NCBI GenBank assembly: GCA_044351885.1
Contig: JBILEW010000004.1
Coordinates: 10,155-74,154, forward strand
DNA: 64,000 bases
Origin: Bdellovibrionota bacterium
GTDB lineage: Bacteria > Bdellovibrionota_C > UBA2361 > OMII01
Reading direction: 5' to 3'
In this document: positions 15,845 to 25,274 of the stretch, one piece after another
How the letters are laid out: every line of letters starts with the position of its first letter
Position numbering within the stretch: position 1 is the stretch's first letter
Notes under the pieces: model-generated
Seen by the model: the letters and a program-made list of their open reading frames with translations, nothing else
Database searches by the model: none
What the model was told of the DNA's origin: nothing
Made by a program: the position numbers and the translations under genes

Positions 15845-17821
15845 ATGAAGAGGGGCATACTCTGGAGAGTGACGGCATCAGCGCTCGTGGCGTTTGGTTC
15901 GGGCTGCGGTGGTGGAGGATCGGGTTCCGGAGGCTCGCAGAGTGGTGGTTCAGCCGCAGCTAATTTCGGCTGTGACGGTAATTGTCCGAGTCAAGCTCTC
16001 GCTGTAGAGGAGGTCGAGCGGATCCTCCAACAGGGTGTCGCTGCTTCGAAGACTAAGGGTGTGGCTAGTACGATTGCAGTCGTTGATCGAGTAGGTAACG
16101 TACTGGCGCTCTATCAGATGTCGGGAGCTTCCACTACTACGACTATTCAGGGGATGATCGGTGCGCAAGGCGGACTCGAAGGAGTTGCCGTTCCGGCCAC
16201 TTTAGCGGCGATCTCCAAGGCCGGTACGGGAGCCTATCTGAGTTCTCAGGGAAATGCGTTCTCGACCAGAACGGCTAGCCAGATCATTCAGGAGCATTTT
16301 CTGCCGGGTCAGAAAAATCAACCGGGAGGCCCTCTGTTTGGAGTGCAGTTCTCTTCGCTTCCGTGCGGTGATGTAGTCGTCCACAATCCATCGCTCGCAG
16401 CAGGTGGGCTCGGAGGCAAGGAGAAAGCGGGAGGCTCTCTCGGGCCACGCCCAATGCCACTGGGCTTGTCCGGTGATCCAGGAGGGCTTCCGATCTACAA
16501 GAACGGCGATCTCGTGGGAGGGATCGGCGTCGAGTTCAACGGTGTCTATACAGTTGATCGTGATGTGTTCGATTTCGACACTGATGGCGAAGAAGAGGTA
16601 GCTCTTTCGGCGAGCGTCGGGTTCGAAGCTCCTGCAGAGAGGACTGGAGACAACGTCTTCGTTGCTGGCCGCTCACTTCGATTTGCGGATGTGGGATACA
16701 GCGATGTGGGTACGTCCGAGGAAGGCCTCGAGCCTTTGGACATGACGGGATTGAAGGCAGAGCCGCTCTATGCACGAGCGGAGATCCGTGCGGGGGTTCC
16801 CTTTGGAACGGCCGCATCGGGTGTCGCCAACACCGTACGAGCTGGACAGCCGGCTGCGATCCTCGTCAATAGTGGTGGAGGCTCGCGATTTTCGAGTCGC
16901 GGCGGTCGCGCACTACCGGGTGGAGTGGAGCTCAAGTCTTCGGAGGTGGAGGCGCTTTTGGACGCTACGCTCCTCACGGCCTACCGCTTACGAGCTGCAA
17001 TTCGTACACCGCGAGACACTGCAGCTAGAAATTCTATCTTTATCGTCGATGACAGGGGAACTGCGCTTGGCTTCATTCGTTCGCAGGATGCGCCGGTGTT
17101 CAGCATCGATGTGGCTCTGCAGAAGGCGCGCGGTGCTGCGCTCTTCAGCGCGCCGGATGCGGGAGCAAAACTCACGCAGGCGTTTGTCTCCTCTGGCGGG
17201 GGCTTCGCTGTCAATTATGCTGCTGCATACAGCGCCTTCACGGGAGGCGGTGCCTTGGATGGTTCGCACGCCTTTGCGTCTCGGTCCGTGGGGAATCTTG
17301 CACGACCGTTCTTCATCGATGGTATTGAGGGCCGACCAAACGGTCCATTTTCTCTCCCCTTTCCCGGAACAGCACCTGGGCGCTCGTGGAGTCCGTTCAA
17401 TACAGGCTTGCAGCTTGATCTGATTTTGGGCGGGATAGTTACGCCTATCCTTAATCCTGGGGTGGTTCCGAATAGCTGCGCCAACTCGTCGGTGTTCGGA
17501 GCGCTCGGGCGTAACGGTATTCAGATATTCCCAGGGGCTGTGCCTCTGTACCGCAACGGTGTGCTCATCGGTGCTATCGGAGTGAGTGGAGATGGTATCG
17601 ATCAGGACGACATCATCGCGTTTTATGGCGCGAGCAGGAGCGGCTTGGACTACGCAGGACACACCGCAGTTGGAGATGCCACGCTCGGCTTCAACGCCCC
17701 TCCCGAGATTCGAGCGGATACGATCGAATTTCCCCAGCCGGATTCGAGGGTGCGCTACGTGAACTGTCCTGAAGCTCCCTTCCGGGGCGAGAACGATCAA
17801 AACGTGTGCGAGGGTCTCTAA
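15845..17821 (+). CDS. lipoprotein with two GlcG/DUF336 (haem-binding/haem-degrading-like) domains
   Basis: Lipobox LVAFGSGC followed by a Gly/Ser linker. IAVVDRVGNVLALYQMSGA and IFIVDDRGTALGFIRSQDAPVFSIDVALQKARGAALF resemble DUF336 cores. Confidence 0.6.
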   Translation: MKRGILWRVTASALVAFGSGCGGGGSGSGGSQSGGSAAANFGCDGNCPSQALAVEEVERILQQGVAASKTKGVASTIAVVDRVGNVLALYQMSGASTTTTIQGMIGAQGGLEGVAVPATLAAISKAGTGAYLSSQGNAFSTRTASQIIQEHFLPGQKNQPGGPLFGVQFSSLPCGDVVVHNPSLAAGGLGGKEKAGGSLGPRPMPLGLSGDPGGLPIYKNGDLVGGIGVEFNGVYTVDRDVFDFDTDGEEEVALSASVGFEAPAERTGDNVFVAGRSLRFADVGYSDVGTSEEGLEPLDMTGLKAEPLYARAEIRAGVPFGTAASGVANTVRAGQPAAILVNSGGGSRFSSRGGRALPGGVELKSSEVEALLDATLLTAYRLRAAIRTPRDTAARNSIFIVDDRGTALGFIRSQDAPVFSIDVALQKARGAALFSAPDAGAKLTQAFVSSGGGFAVNYAAAYSAFTGGGALDGSHAFASRSVGNLARPFFIDGIEGRPNGPFSLPFPGTAPGRSWSPFNTGLQLDLILGGIVTPILNPGVVPNSCANSSVFGALGRNGIQIFPGAVPLYRNGVLIGAIGVSGDGIDQDDIIAFYGASRSGLDYAGHTAVGDATLGFNAPPEIRADTIEFPQPDSRVRYVNCPEAPFRGENDQNVCEGL

Positions 17822-17833
17822 AGGATAGGGAAG

Positions 17834-19627
17834 ATGATCCGACGCACCGGAGCCGCACTGTGTACCTCTCTGTTGCTGAGCGTTATGTTCGGTACGGTGG
17901 TTCCTGCGTGCATCGTCGGATACGCTGAAGAACCTTCTGCTGACGAGCACGCGTCTCCGGCGCAGACATCAACCGAGGAGCTTGAGTTTCAGCGTCAGGT
18001 ACCGGGAGAGGAGAAGGAGAACTTTCCCGGATACATCTACGAATCGATCCCACCGATTGAGAACTCAGCATCTGATTTCGTTCCTGTACCTGACCGTTGG
18101 CGTATGTTCTATGCCGGTAAGTGGTACGATCCGTACAATCAAAATGTTCTCAAGGGAGATATCCCGGTCTTCGGCGCACCGGGACACGAGTGGTTTTTAG
18201 AGGTATCCGTCATCTCCGATTCGATGTTCGAAGCCCGTCGGCTTCCGATCCCAGTGGGTTTTGCCTCTACCAATAGGAGCAGTAGCAACGACGTATTCGG
18301 AGGTGGTGATCAGACAGCATTCGTCGAAAACGTCGTAACCTCCATATCGTTTATTCGAGGTAATACGACCTTCATGCCGCCAGAGATTGAGGTGCGGGTT
18401 GCTCCGGTGTTCAATGTGAACCACGTGAGAGCTGAAGAGAACGGAGTGCTGAAAGCTGATCCTGCGTACGGAAATACTCGAACTGACAGCGCCTTCGGGT
18501 TTCAGGAGCTTCTCGCAGACATACACCTTGCCAATCTCTCGGATCGCTATGATTTCGTTTCGAGTCGTTTGGGTATTCAGCAGTTCAATAGTGATTTTCG
18601 TGGATTTCTTTTCAACGACAACGAGCCAGGCGCTCGCTTCTTCGGTAACTACGACGACAACAAGACCCAGTTCAATCTGGCGTGGTTCTCGCGCCTCGAC
18701 AAAGACACGAATTCGGGGGTGAACACCTTCAGAGACCGTCACGAGGACGTGTGGGTCGCGAATGCTTATCGGCAGGACCTTCTGTGGCTTGGACATACGG
18801 TCACTGCGAGTGTGGTGCACCGTGAAGATACCGCTGGAAACAACGGATACCGGTACGATGACAACAACTTCCTCGTGCGTCCTGCTGCTATCGGCGATGA
18901 ACGACCGAAGAATATCTACTCGACTTATTTAGGCCTCGGCGGCGATGGTCATGTTGGGCGCGTCAACACGACCACGCAATTTTACTACGTATTCGGTTCC
19001 GAAAGTCACAATGCGATTTCCAACCGGCAGGTCGACATCAGCGCAGAGATGTTCGCACAGGAGTTCTCGTACGATATCGACTTTGTGCGCTTCCGAACCT
19101 CGTTCTTTTGGGCCTCTGGTGACAAGGATCCCTACGATGGTACCGCACAGGGATTCGATGCGATCTTCGACAATCCGAATTTCGCCGGTGGCGATCTCTC
19201 CTTCTGGCAGCGTCAGGCGATTCCGTTCATTGGCGGTGGCGGAACGAACCTCGTCAACCGAAACAGCTTGCTTCCTAATTTCAGACCAGGAAAGGAGTTA
19301 GGTCAGTCGAACTTCGTTAATCCAGGTCTGCGACTGTACAACGTGGGGATGGATGTCGAGGTACTGCCGGAGCTCAAGCTCGTCACGAATGTGAGCTATC
19401 TCCAGTTCGATCAGGTAGGGCCGTTGGAGGTTGCGAGGCAGGACGGCTCTATCAGTCAGGATATCGGAGTGGATCTCTCGGCAGGTGTGATCTATCGGCC
19501 ATTCCTCAACAACAACGTGCAGATTAGGGCTGGAGCGGCGTGTCTGCTGCCAGGTAACGGTTACAAAAATCTATTCGGTGATAGGGTCAATTACGACGTG
19601 TTTACTAATCTGATCCTGCAGTACTGA
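17834..19627 (+). CDS. probable outer-membrane beta-barrel protein
   Basis: Signal peptide. Alternating aromatic/polar strand-like composition. C-terminus reads ...VFTNLILQY, ending in an aromatic residue. Its stop overlaps the next gene's start (TGATG). Confidence 0.5.
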   Translation: MIRRTGAALCTSLLLSVMFGTVVPACIVGYAEEPSADEHASPAQTSTEELEFQRQVPGEEKENFPGYIYESIPPIENSASDFVPVPDRWRMFYAGKWYDPYNQNVLKGDIPVFGAPGHEWFLEVSVISDSMFEARRLPIPVGFASTNRSSSNDVFGGGDQTAFVENVVTSISFIRGNTTFMPPEIEVRVAPVFNVNHVRAEENGVLKADPAYGNTRTDSAFGFQELLADIHLANLSDRYDFVSSRLGIQQFNSDFRGFLFNDNEPGARFFGNYDDNKTQFNLAWFSRLDKDTNSGVNTFRDRHEDVWVANAYRQDLLWLGHTVTASVVHREDTAGNNGYRYDDNNFLVRPAAIGDERPKNIYSTYLGLGGDGHVGRVNTTTQFYYVFGSESHNAISNRQVDISAEMFAQEFSYDIDFVRFRTSFFWASGDKDPYDGTAQGFDAIFDNPNFAGGDLSFWQRQAIPFIGGGGTNLVNRNSLLPNFRPGKELGQSNFVNPGLRLYNVGMDVEVLPELKLVTNVSYLQFDQVGPLEVARQDGSISQDIGVDLSAGVIYRPFLNNNVQIRAGAACLLPGNGYKNLFGDRVNYDVFTNLILQY

Positions 19628-22600
19628 TGGTGGTAAGGATGAAGCTGCGACACAGAAATCCTGATCGGTCATTCCTTGCTCGTTCTCTCGTGGGGCTGGG
19701 TTCGTTGCTGATATCGGTCTATGTCCTCGGTCTCGTAGTATACGTGCAGGCGGACGAGCACTACGATTCGATCGTCAAATCCGGCGGTTCACCTGAGAAG
19801 ATGGAGGAGACGAGTCGGGGTTGCGTCGATTGTCACACAAAGACTGATGCTCCTACGATGCACACGAATCCGGGTGTCCATATCGGTTGCGCGGAGTGCC
19901 ACGGGGGTAATCCCGAGGTGCGGGCGCAGGGGCTTGCGACCGGTACCGCCGACTATGAGAGTGCCAAGAAGAGCGCGCACGTACTTCCGAAATACCCCGA
20001 GAATTGGCCTTCATCGGCAAATCCAAAACACTCGTACTCGGAGCTAATCAAGGAACCTGTCGAGTTCGTGCGTTTTATCAATCCGGGGGATCTCAGAGCA
20101 GCACCTTCAGCGTGCGGAGGGTGTCACTCGGAGATAGTCGATGCCACCAAGAGAAGCCTCATGACGACCTCGGCGATGCTGTGGGGCGGTGCTGCCTACA
20201 ACAACGGTATTCTTCCGTTCAAGCGTTACATACTCGGTGAGAGTTACACGACCGACGGAGAGCCTGCGAGTATCGTTCACCACAAAGATAAGCCGGTTAC
20301 TCCTGCCATGGCGGCTCGGGGAGTGCTCGAGAAACTCTTGCCGATGCCGACCTGGGAAGTCCTTCCTCCTGCGGACATCTTCCGTATCTTCGAGCGTGGA
20401 GGACTCTTCGTTAAGACCCAGTTTGCCGAGGTGGGTAACCCTAATCCACTCGAGGACTCGGGAAAGCCGGACGTAAAAGCAGGTAACCGTGGTCCTGGTA
20501 CTGGCAGTCGTATCGCCGTGCCGGTGATAAATATACACAAGACACGCCTCAATGATCCGCACCTGAGCATGCTCGGAACCAACGATCATCCGGGTGACTA
20601 TCGGAGTAGCGGATGTACTTCCTGCCATACCATCTATGCTAATGACCGAGACCCAGCGCATTCCGGGCCGTATGCGAAGTACGGGAATGAAGGAAAGTCT
20701 ATAACGCAGGATCCTACTATCCCCAAAGACGAAGAGGGACATCCGCTGCAACATGCCTTCACGCGAGCGATCCCGACCAGCCAGTGCATGGTGTGTCACA
20801 TGCACCAACCGAACATGTTCGTGAACACCTTTCTCGGGTACACGATGTGGGATTACGAGGCGGATGCCCCGGCGATGTGGCCGGAGAAGCAGAAGTATCC
20901 GACGATGGAGGAGTACTATAAATCTTTGGAGCACAATCCCGAGGAAGCAGCGGTGCGTGGTAAGTGGACGGATCTTGACTTCTTGAAGCGGGTCTCTGAA
21001 CTCAATCCGCAGCTCAAAACTACTCAGTTTGCCGATTATCACGGACACGGATGGAACTTCAGGGCTGTATACAAGCGTGACAGGAAGGGCAACCTGCTCG
21101 ACAAGGACGACAAGGTCGTGTCTTTCGAAGATCCGCAGAAATTCAAGAAAGCGGTGCATCTCCAGGATATCCACGTAGATTTCGGCATGCAGTGTGTCGA
21201 CTGTCACTTCGGACAGGATACGCACGGTGACGGAAATATCTACGGGGAGGTTGCACAATCGGTCGAGATTATGTGCGAGGATTGCCACGGCTCGGTATCG
21301 CAGCGCGCAAGCTTGAAGACCTCTGGACCTGCAGCGCCGGAGGGCGGACACGATCTTTCTCTCAAGCGTACCCCGTGGGGAGAGCGTCAATTCATCTGGA
21401 AAGACGACGGGCTGTATCAACGCTCTCTCGTAACGAAGGATCTGGAATGGCGCGTGAAGCAGGTCCGAGACTCATTGGATCCTAAGAGCCCGGATTATAA
21501 TGCGCGATCAGCGAAGGCCAAGTTGGTCAAGAAGCTGGAGGATGGAGCGACTCAGTATACGGTTGCCAAGCCGGGAGATGTCGCTACTGCGGCGGGAGAG
21601 GCGGCGTTGGCGCACCCGAACTCGGACATGTCGTGCTTTGCTTGTCATAGCTCTTGGACTACTGCATGCGCCGGATGCCACCTTCCGATTCAAGCGAATT
21701 GGAAGAAGACTTCCAATCACTACGAGGACAAGGAGACCCGGAATTGGGCAAGCTACAACCCACAAGTTGCTCGGGACGATATGTATCAGCTCGGGAGGCA
21801 CGGTCCTGCCAAGAACGGCAAGATAGTTCCGATCCGTTCATCGAGTGCGCTCATATTGAGTTCAACGGATGTCAATCGTCAGAAGATCTATTTTCAGCAA
21901 CCACCGACATCATCTGCAGGGTACAGCTCGCAAGCCTTTGCCCCGCATTTCCCACATACGGTGCGCACAAAGGAAACCAAGGGTTGTAAGGATTGCCACG
22001 TATCGAAGGAGAACGACAACAACGCCATCATGGCACAGCTCCTCTTGCTTGGTACGAATTTCGTCAATTTCATGGGCTACTACACCTGGGTAGCAACCGG
22101 CGATGCGGGGCTCGAAGGGGTTCAGGTTACCGAGTGGAGCGAGCCGCAGGCTGTGATTGGAAGCTACCTTCATAGGTATGCCTACCCGGATTTTTACGCA
22201 GCGCATCAATCTCGTGGTGGTGAGCTCGAGGAGAGCCATCGGCATCACGGGGCCGGAGGTGCTACCACTGTAGTGCAGCTCCGAGGTGAGTATCTCTACA
22301 CCGTTGCCGGTTCCGGTGGTTTCAGGGTCTACGACGTAGCGAATATCGCCAATAAGGGGTTCTCGGAACGAATAGTAACGAGCCCGGTCTCACCGCTCGG
22401 ACAAAACATTCACGTCGCGACCTCTGATGCCACCGGTTTGGCACTTCCGACGAATATGCCGGTAGCTCCCTTTAAGAAGCAGTTGCCAGAAAATCTCGAA
22501 ACCCCGATGCATCCGATCTATCACTACGCATTCATATCGGATCGTGTGGAAGGTTTGATCGTCGTCAACGTCGATACGTTGCAGGACGGCGAGCCGCGCA

Positions 22601-23367
22601 ATAACTTCTTGGAGCGAGCGCTGACGTGGAACGAGAACGGGGTCCTGACTGGAGCGCGCACGATTACCCTCGCGGGAGCCCGCGCGTTCATCGGTACCGA
22701 AGATCGCGTGGTTGTGTTGAGCCTCGATGATCCCTTGGCACCTAAGGTCGAGGCTACGTGGCCAGCCAACAAACCCTCAGGTGTCGCGATTCAGTTTCGC
22801 TACGCTTTCATGACCGATAGTGAAGGATTTCACGTTATCGATATGACGCACCCTGACAAGCCTCGCGTCGTATCGTCAGCCTCGATAGCACTCCCGGATG
22901 CGCGAAATGTGTACGTGGCTCGTACCTATGCGTACGTAGCCGGTGGAAAGGAAGGGGTAGTGATAATCGATGTAGAGAAGCCTGAGCAACCGCAGGTGTA
23001 CATGAAGTACAATTCTGATGGAGCTCTCAATGACACCTATGACGTTAAGGTCGCAACGACCAACGCAAGCCTGATCGGTTATGTTGCCGATGGTGTTAAT
23101 GGACTGGTCGTATTGCAGCTTACAGATCCGGAAAGGGTACCGGGTTTTTACGGATTCTCTCCTGCTGTCAAACCGGCGGTGATCGCAACGAAGCGTATGG
23201 CTGGAGTTGCGATGGGTATTACGAAGCCTCTCGACAGAGATAGAGCAGTTGACGAGACGGGTCATCAGGTAAGTGTTCTCGGTCGTATCGGCTCGCGTCC
23301 ATTCAATCTCGAGGAGATGCGGCGCATGTTCTTGACGAAGGACGGCAAGGTGTGGAGCGTCGACTAG
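19627..23367 (+). CDS. 1246-aa membrane-anchored decahaem cytochrome with C-terminal LVIVD-like beta-propeller repeats
   Basis: N-terminal anchor LVGLGSLLISVYVLGLVVYV. Ten CxxCH motifs lie in the first ~800 aa. The C-terminal repeats are GFRVYDVANI, GLIVVNVDTL, GFHVIDMTHP, GVVIIDVEKP and GLVVLQLTDP. Confidence 0.8.
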   Translation: MVVRMKLRHRNPDRSFLARSLVGLGSLLISVYVLGLVVYVQADEHYDSIVKSGGSPEKMEETSRGCVDCHTKTDAPTMHTNPGVHIGCAECHGGNPEVRAQGLATGTADYESAKKSAHVLPKYPENWPSSANPKHSYSELIKEPVEFVRFINPGDLRAAPSACGGCHSEIVDATKRSLMTTSAMLWGGAAYNNGILPFKRYILGESYTTDGEPASIVHHKDKPVTPAMAARGVLEKLLPMPTWEVLPPADIFRIFERGGLFVKTQFAEVGNPNPLEDSGKPDVKAGNRGPGTGSRIAVPVINIHKTRLNDPHLSMLGTNDHPGDYRSSGCTSCHTIYANDRDPAHSGPYAKYGNEGKSITQDPTIPKDEEGHPLQHAFTRAIPTSQCMVCHMHQPNMFVNTFLGYTMWDYEADAPAMWPEKQKYPTMEEYYKSLEHNPEEAAVRGKWTDLDFLKRVSELNPQLKTTQFADYHGHGWNFRAVYKRDRKGNLLDKDDKVVSFEDPQKFKKAVHLQDIHVDFGMQCVDCHFGQDTHGDGNIYGEVAQSVEIMCEDCHGSVSQRASLKTSGPAAPEGGHDLSLKRTPWGERQFIWKDDGLYQRSLVTKDLEWRVKQVRDSLDPKSPDYNARSAKAKLVKKLEDGATQYTVAKPGDVATAAGEAALAHPNSDMSCFACHSSWTTACAGCHLPIQANWKKTSNHYEDKETRNWASYNPQVARDDMYQLGRHGPAKNGKIVPIRSSSALILSSTDVNRQKIYFQQPPTSSAGYSSQAFAPHFPHTVRTKETKGCKDCHVSKENDNNAIMAQLLLLGTNFVNFMGYYTWVATGDAGLEGVQVTEWSEPQAVIGSYLHRYAYPDFYAAHQSRGGELEESHRHHGAGGATTVVQLRGEYLYTVAGSGGFRVYDVANIANKGFSERIVTSPVSPLGQNIHVATSDATGLALPTNMPVAPFKKQLPENLETPMHPIYHYAFISDRVEGLIVVNVDTLQDGEPRNNFLERALTWNENGVLTGARTITLAGARAFIGTEDRVVVLSLDDPLAPKVEATWPANKPSGVAIQFRYAFMTDSEGFHVIDMTHPDKPRVVSSASIALPDARNVYVARTYAYVAGGKEGVVIIDVEKPEQPQVYMKYNSDGALNDTYDVKVATTNASLIGYVADGVNGLVVLQLTDPERVPGFYGFSPAVKPAVIATKRMAGVAMGITKPLDRDRAVDETGHQVSVLGRIGSRPFNLEEMRRMFLTKDGKVWSVD

Positions 23368-23483
23368 TCCATATGTGAACGTGCTCGTGTGGGTTTTGCC
23401 TAGCTTCCTAAGGGAAGGTGGCAAACGAGTCAGAATAGCTACACTCTTCGGGCAAACGGTGGTATAAGAATGCATCCATCGCC

Positions 23484-25271
23484 GTGAGCACTATGCAGAT
23501 TATCGGGTCCCAGCCAGCATCAAACGAACTTGTATCGAACGTAGAGAATCTCACTGGCGACAAAGGTAACGCATTTCTCAATCTGATTACCGCCGTACGA
23601 GCCGAAGCGCAGGACGAGGGCCCCCCGAGGGTGGTCGTCGATGTCGGGCCTCTCATGCCCGCTAATTACAAGATGACGGCAAATAGGATAGCCAAGGCGT
23701 TGACTCGCGAGTTGACCAAGGCTTCGTGGTCTACATCTGCCCTAGTTGCATCGATCGATATAGAGCCGGAGGGTAGTGAGAGGACCGTACCTCTCGGACG
23801 GCCGAGTCTCGGTATCGATGTGGCACAGCTCGATGATTTTCTGACGGAGAGCCTTGCCTCCTTAAATTTCTCACCGCACACAATCACCCTGTTCGAGGTC
23901 GGCTTGGGCCAAGAGAGATGGGCTTTTCTGTCTCTGATCTATTCTCGTGGTCCACGGTGCGCCGAGCAGGCGTGTCGGCACTTGAGGGACGAGCTGAAAA
24001 ATCGCTTTGGCGTGCTCCTTCGGTTGGTTGCTGCGCCAGAGAGAGGTAATGCGTCGGCCGCTCTGTTTGATCGATCTCAAGAAAGTGTTCTTTCCGGTGG
24101 CTTGCCGGAGGTTTCTGATCCTGGAGTGAGCACACATCGGGGATTCAGGGTGGGGCGGCGTTTGGGCCTGCCACTTCCCGCGGGTGTAGGTGATTGGCGA
24201 CGGTATCCTTTTACGAGCATCGATGGGTCGATTACGCGCCTTATCGAGGATATGATGTCGGCAGCACCCGCATGTTCGCCCGATTGCGAGGTTGAAGGTT
24301 TGATGGATCTTCGAGTAGGGACCCCTTTGCGGCTTCCTGAGTTCGAAGCGCTGAGTCCAGGTGTAACTTTGCCTGTCATCGGGGTGCGCGCACTTTTAGC
24401 CCCAGGGGTCGGCCCGGTACAGGAGGGCGAAGTCGTGTTGGTCGAGGCTCGTAACGGCAGGGCCTGCGACGTAGGTCGCGCAAGTCAGATCATGTTCGAG
24501 TTGCCGGATGCCGAAGAGTTGCGCAGAGCAGGTATCGAACTGAATAGCGACGAGAGAGCGCTTCACACCCAGTTGCAGTCTATCCGAGATGCAGCGCTCA
24601 TTCTTCACGACAGAGACGTTACTATCGGGGCGGCTTTGCCAACCCACCTCGCGAGCTCAGAGGGTGATGAATCAGGACGCTTGCGCTTTACTCGGGCGGA
24701 AAGGGTCGTTTCCTCTGTGATCAGGTTTATGCAGGAGCAGATCCTCGGATGGCGCGATCGGTTGGACGTTCCTCCGACCTTGTTAGTATCGAGACCGACA
24801 TTTCCTGATGAGGATGAGGTAAAGCGTATTCTGGATCTGGCGTCATACCACGTGGAGCGATGTGGCTACCCGAGCGTCAGTTCGGCAACTCTCGAACCGG
24901 CAAGCATTTTGTATCCCAGTGGTCGCTTGATGATTGCAGAGGCGCTCGTTGCCGGAGGATACACCGACGAGGCGAGGTCTATTCCTCGACTGCTGCACGA
25001 CGCATACTACAATCGTAAGCTGCATCTCTTGGGGCCCCAAGAGAACTCTCGTCCAGGGGATGCCTTACATCTGAAACGGGGCAAGTACGGGTTCATCAAC
25101 AATCTTCAAGTTGCCAGCAAGCTCCTTGGGTTGCCCATTCTCGAACCGGAGCTCTTGCGGCAGGCGCTCAACGCGAGTGCTCGTCGCAAAAATCTCGATA
25201 GAGTCAATGCAACTCGCTTAGGAGATGCGATACGTGAGCAGCAGGAGCAGCTACTCGAGCGGCTGTGGTGA
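23484..25271 (+). CDS. hypothetical protein, 595 aa
   Basis: Uninterrupted ORF (GTG start, alternative ATG at 23493) with no recognisable motif. Confidence 0.5.
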   Translation: MSTMQIIGSQPASNELVSNVENLTGDKGNAFLNLITAVRAEAQDEGPPRVVVDVGPLMPANYKMTANRIAKALTRELTKASWSTSALVASIDIEPEGSERTVPLGRPSLGIDVAQLDDFLTESLASLNFSPHTITLFEVGLGQERWAFLSLIYSRGPRCAEQACRHLRDELKNRFGVLLRLVAAPERGNASAALFDRSQESVLSGGLPEVSDPGVSTHRGFRVGRRLGLPLPAGVGDWRRYPFTSIDGSITRLIEDMMSAAPACSPDCEVEGLMDLRVGTPLRLPEFEALSPGVTLPVIGVRALLAPGVGPVQEGEVVLVEARNGRACDVGRASQIMFELPDAEELRRAGIELNSDERALHTQLQSIRDAALILHDRDVTIGAALPTHLASSEGDESGRLRFTRAERVVSSVIRFMQEQILGWRDRLDVPPTLLVSRPTFPDEDEVKRILDLASYHVERCGYPSVSSATLEPASILYPSGRLMIAEALVAGGYTDEARSIPRLLHDAYYNRKLHLLGPQENSRPGDALHLKRGKYGFINNLQVASKLLGLPILEPELLRQALNASARRKNLDRVNATRLGDAIREQQEQLLERLW

Positions 25272-25274
25272 TGA

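Noticed and set aside
16988-17950. 320-aa minus-strand ORF. Similar long antisense ORFs occur at 20107-21420, 18197-18820, 14502-15089, 10884-11582, 41903-42463, 50276-50893 and 22876-23475.
   Set aside because: Each lies entirely antisense to an ORF with clear domain motifs. Their Arg/Ser/Pro-rich, low-complexity composition and lack of motifs are typical of shadow ORFs.
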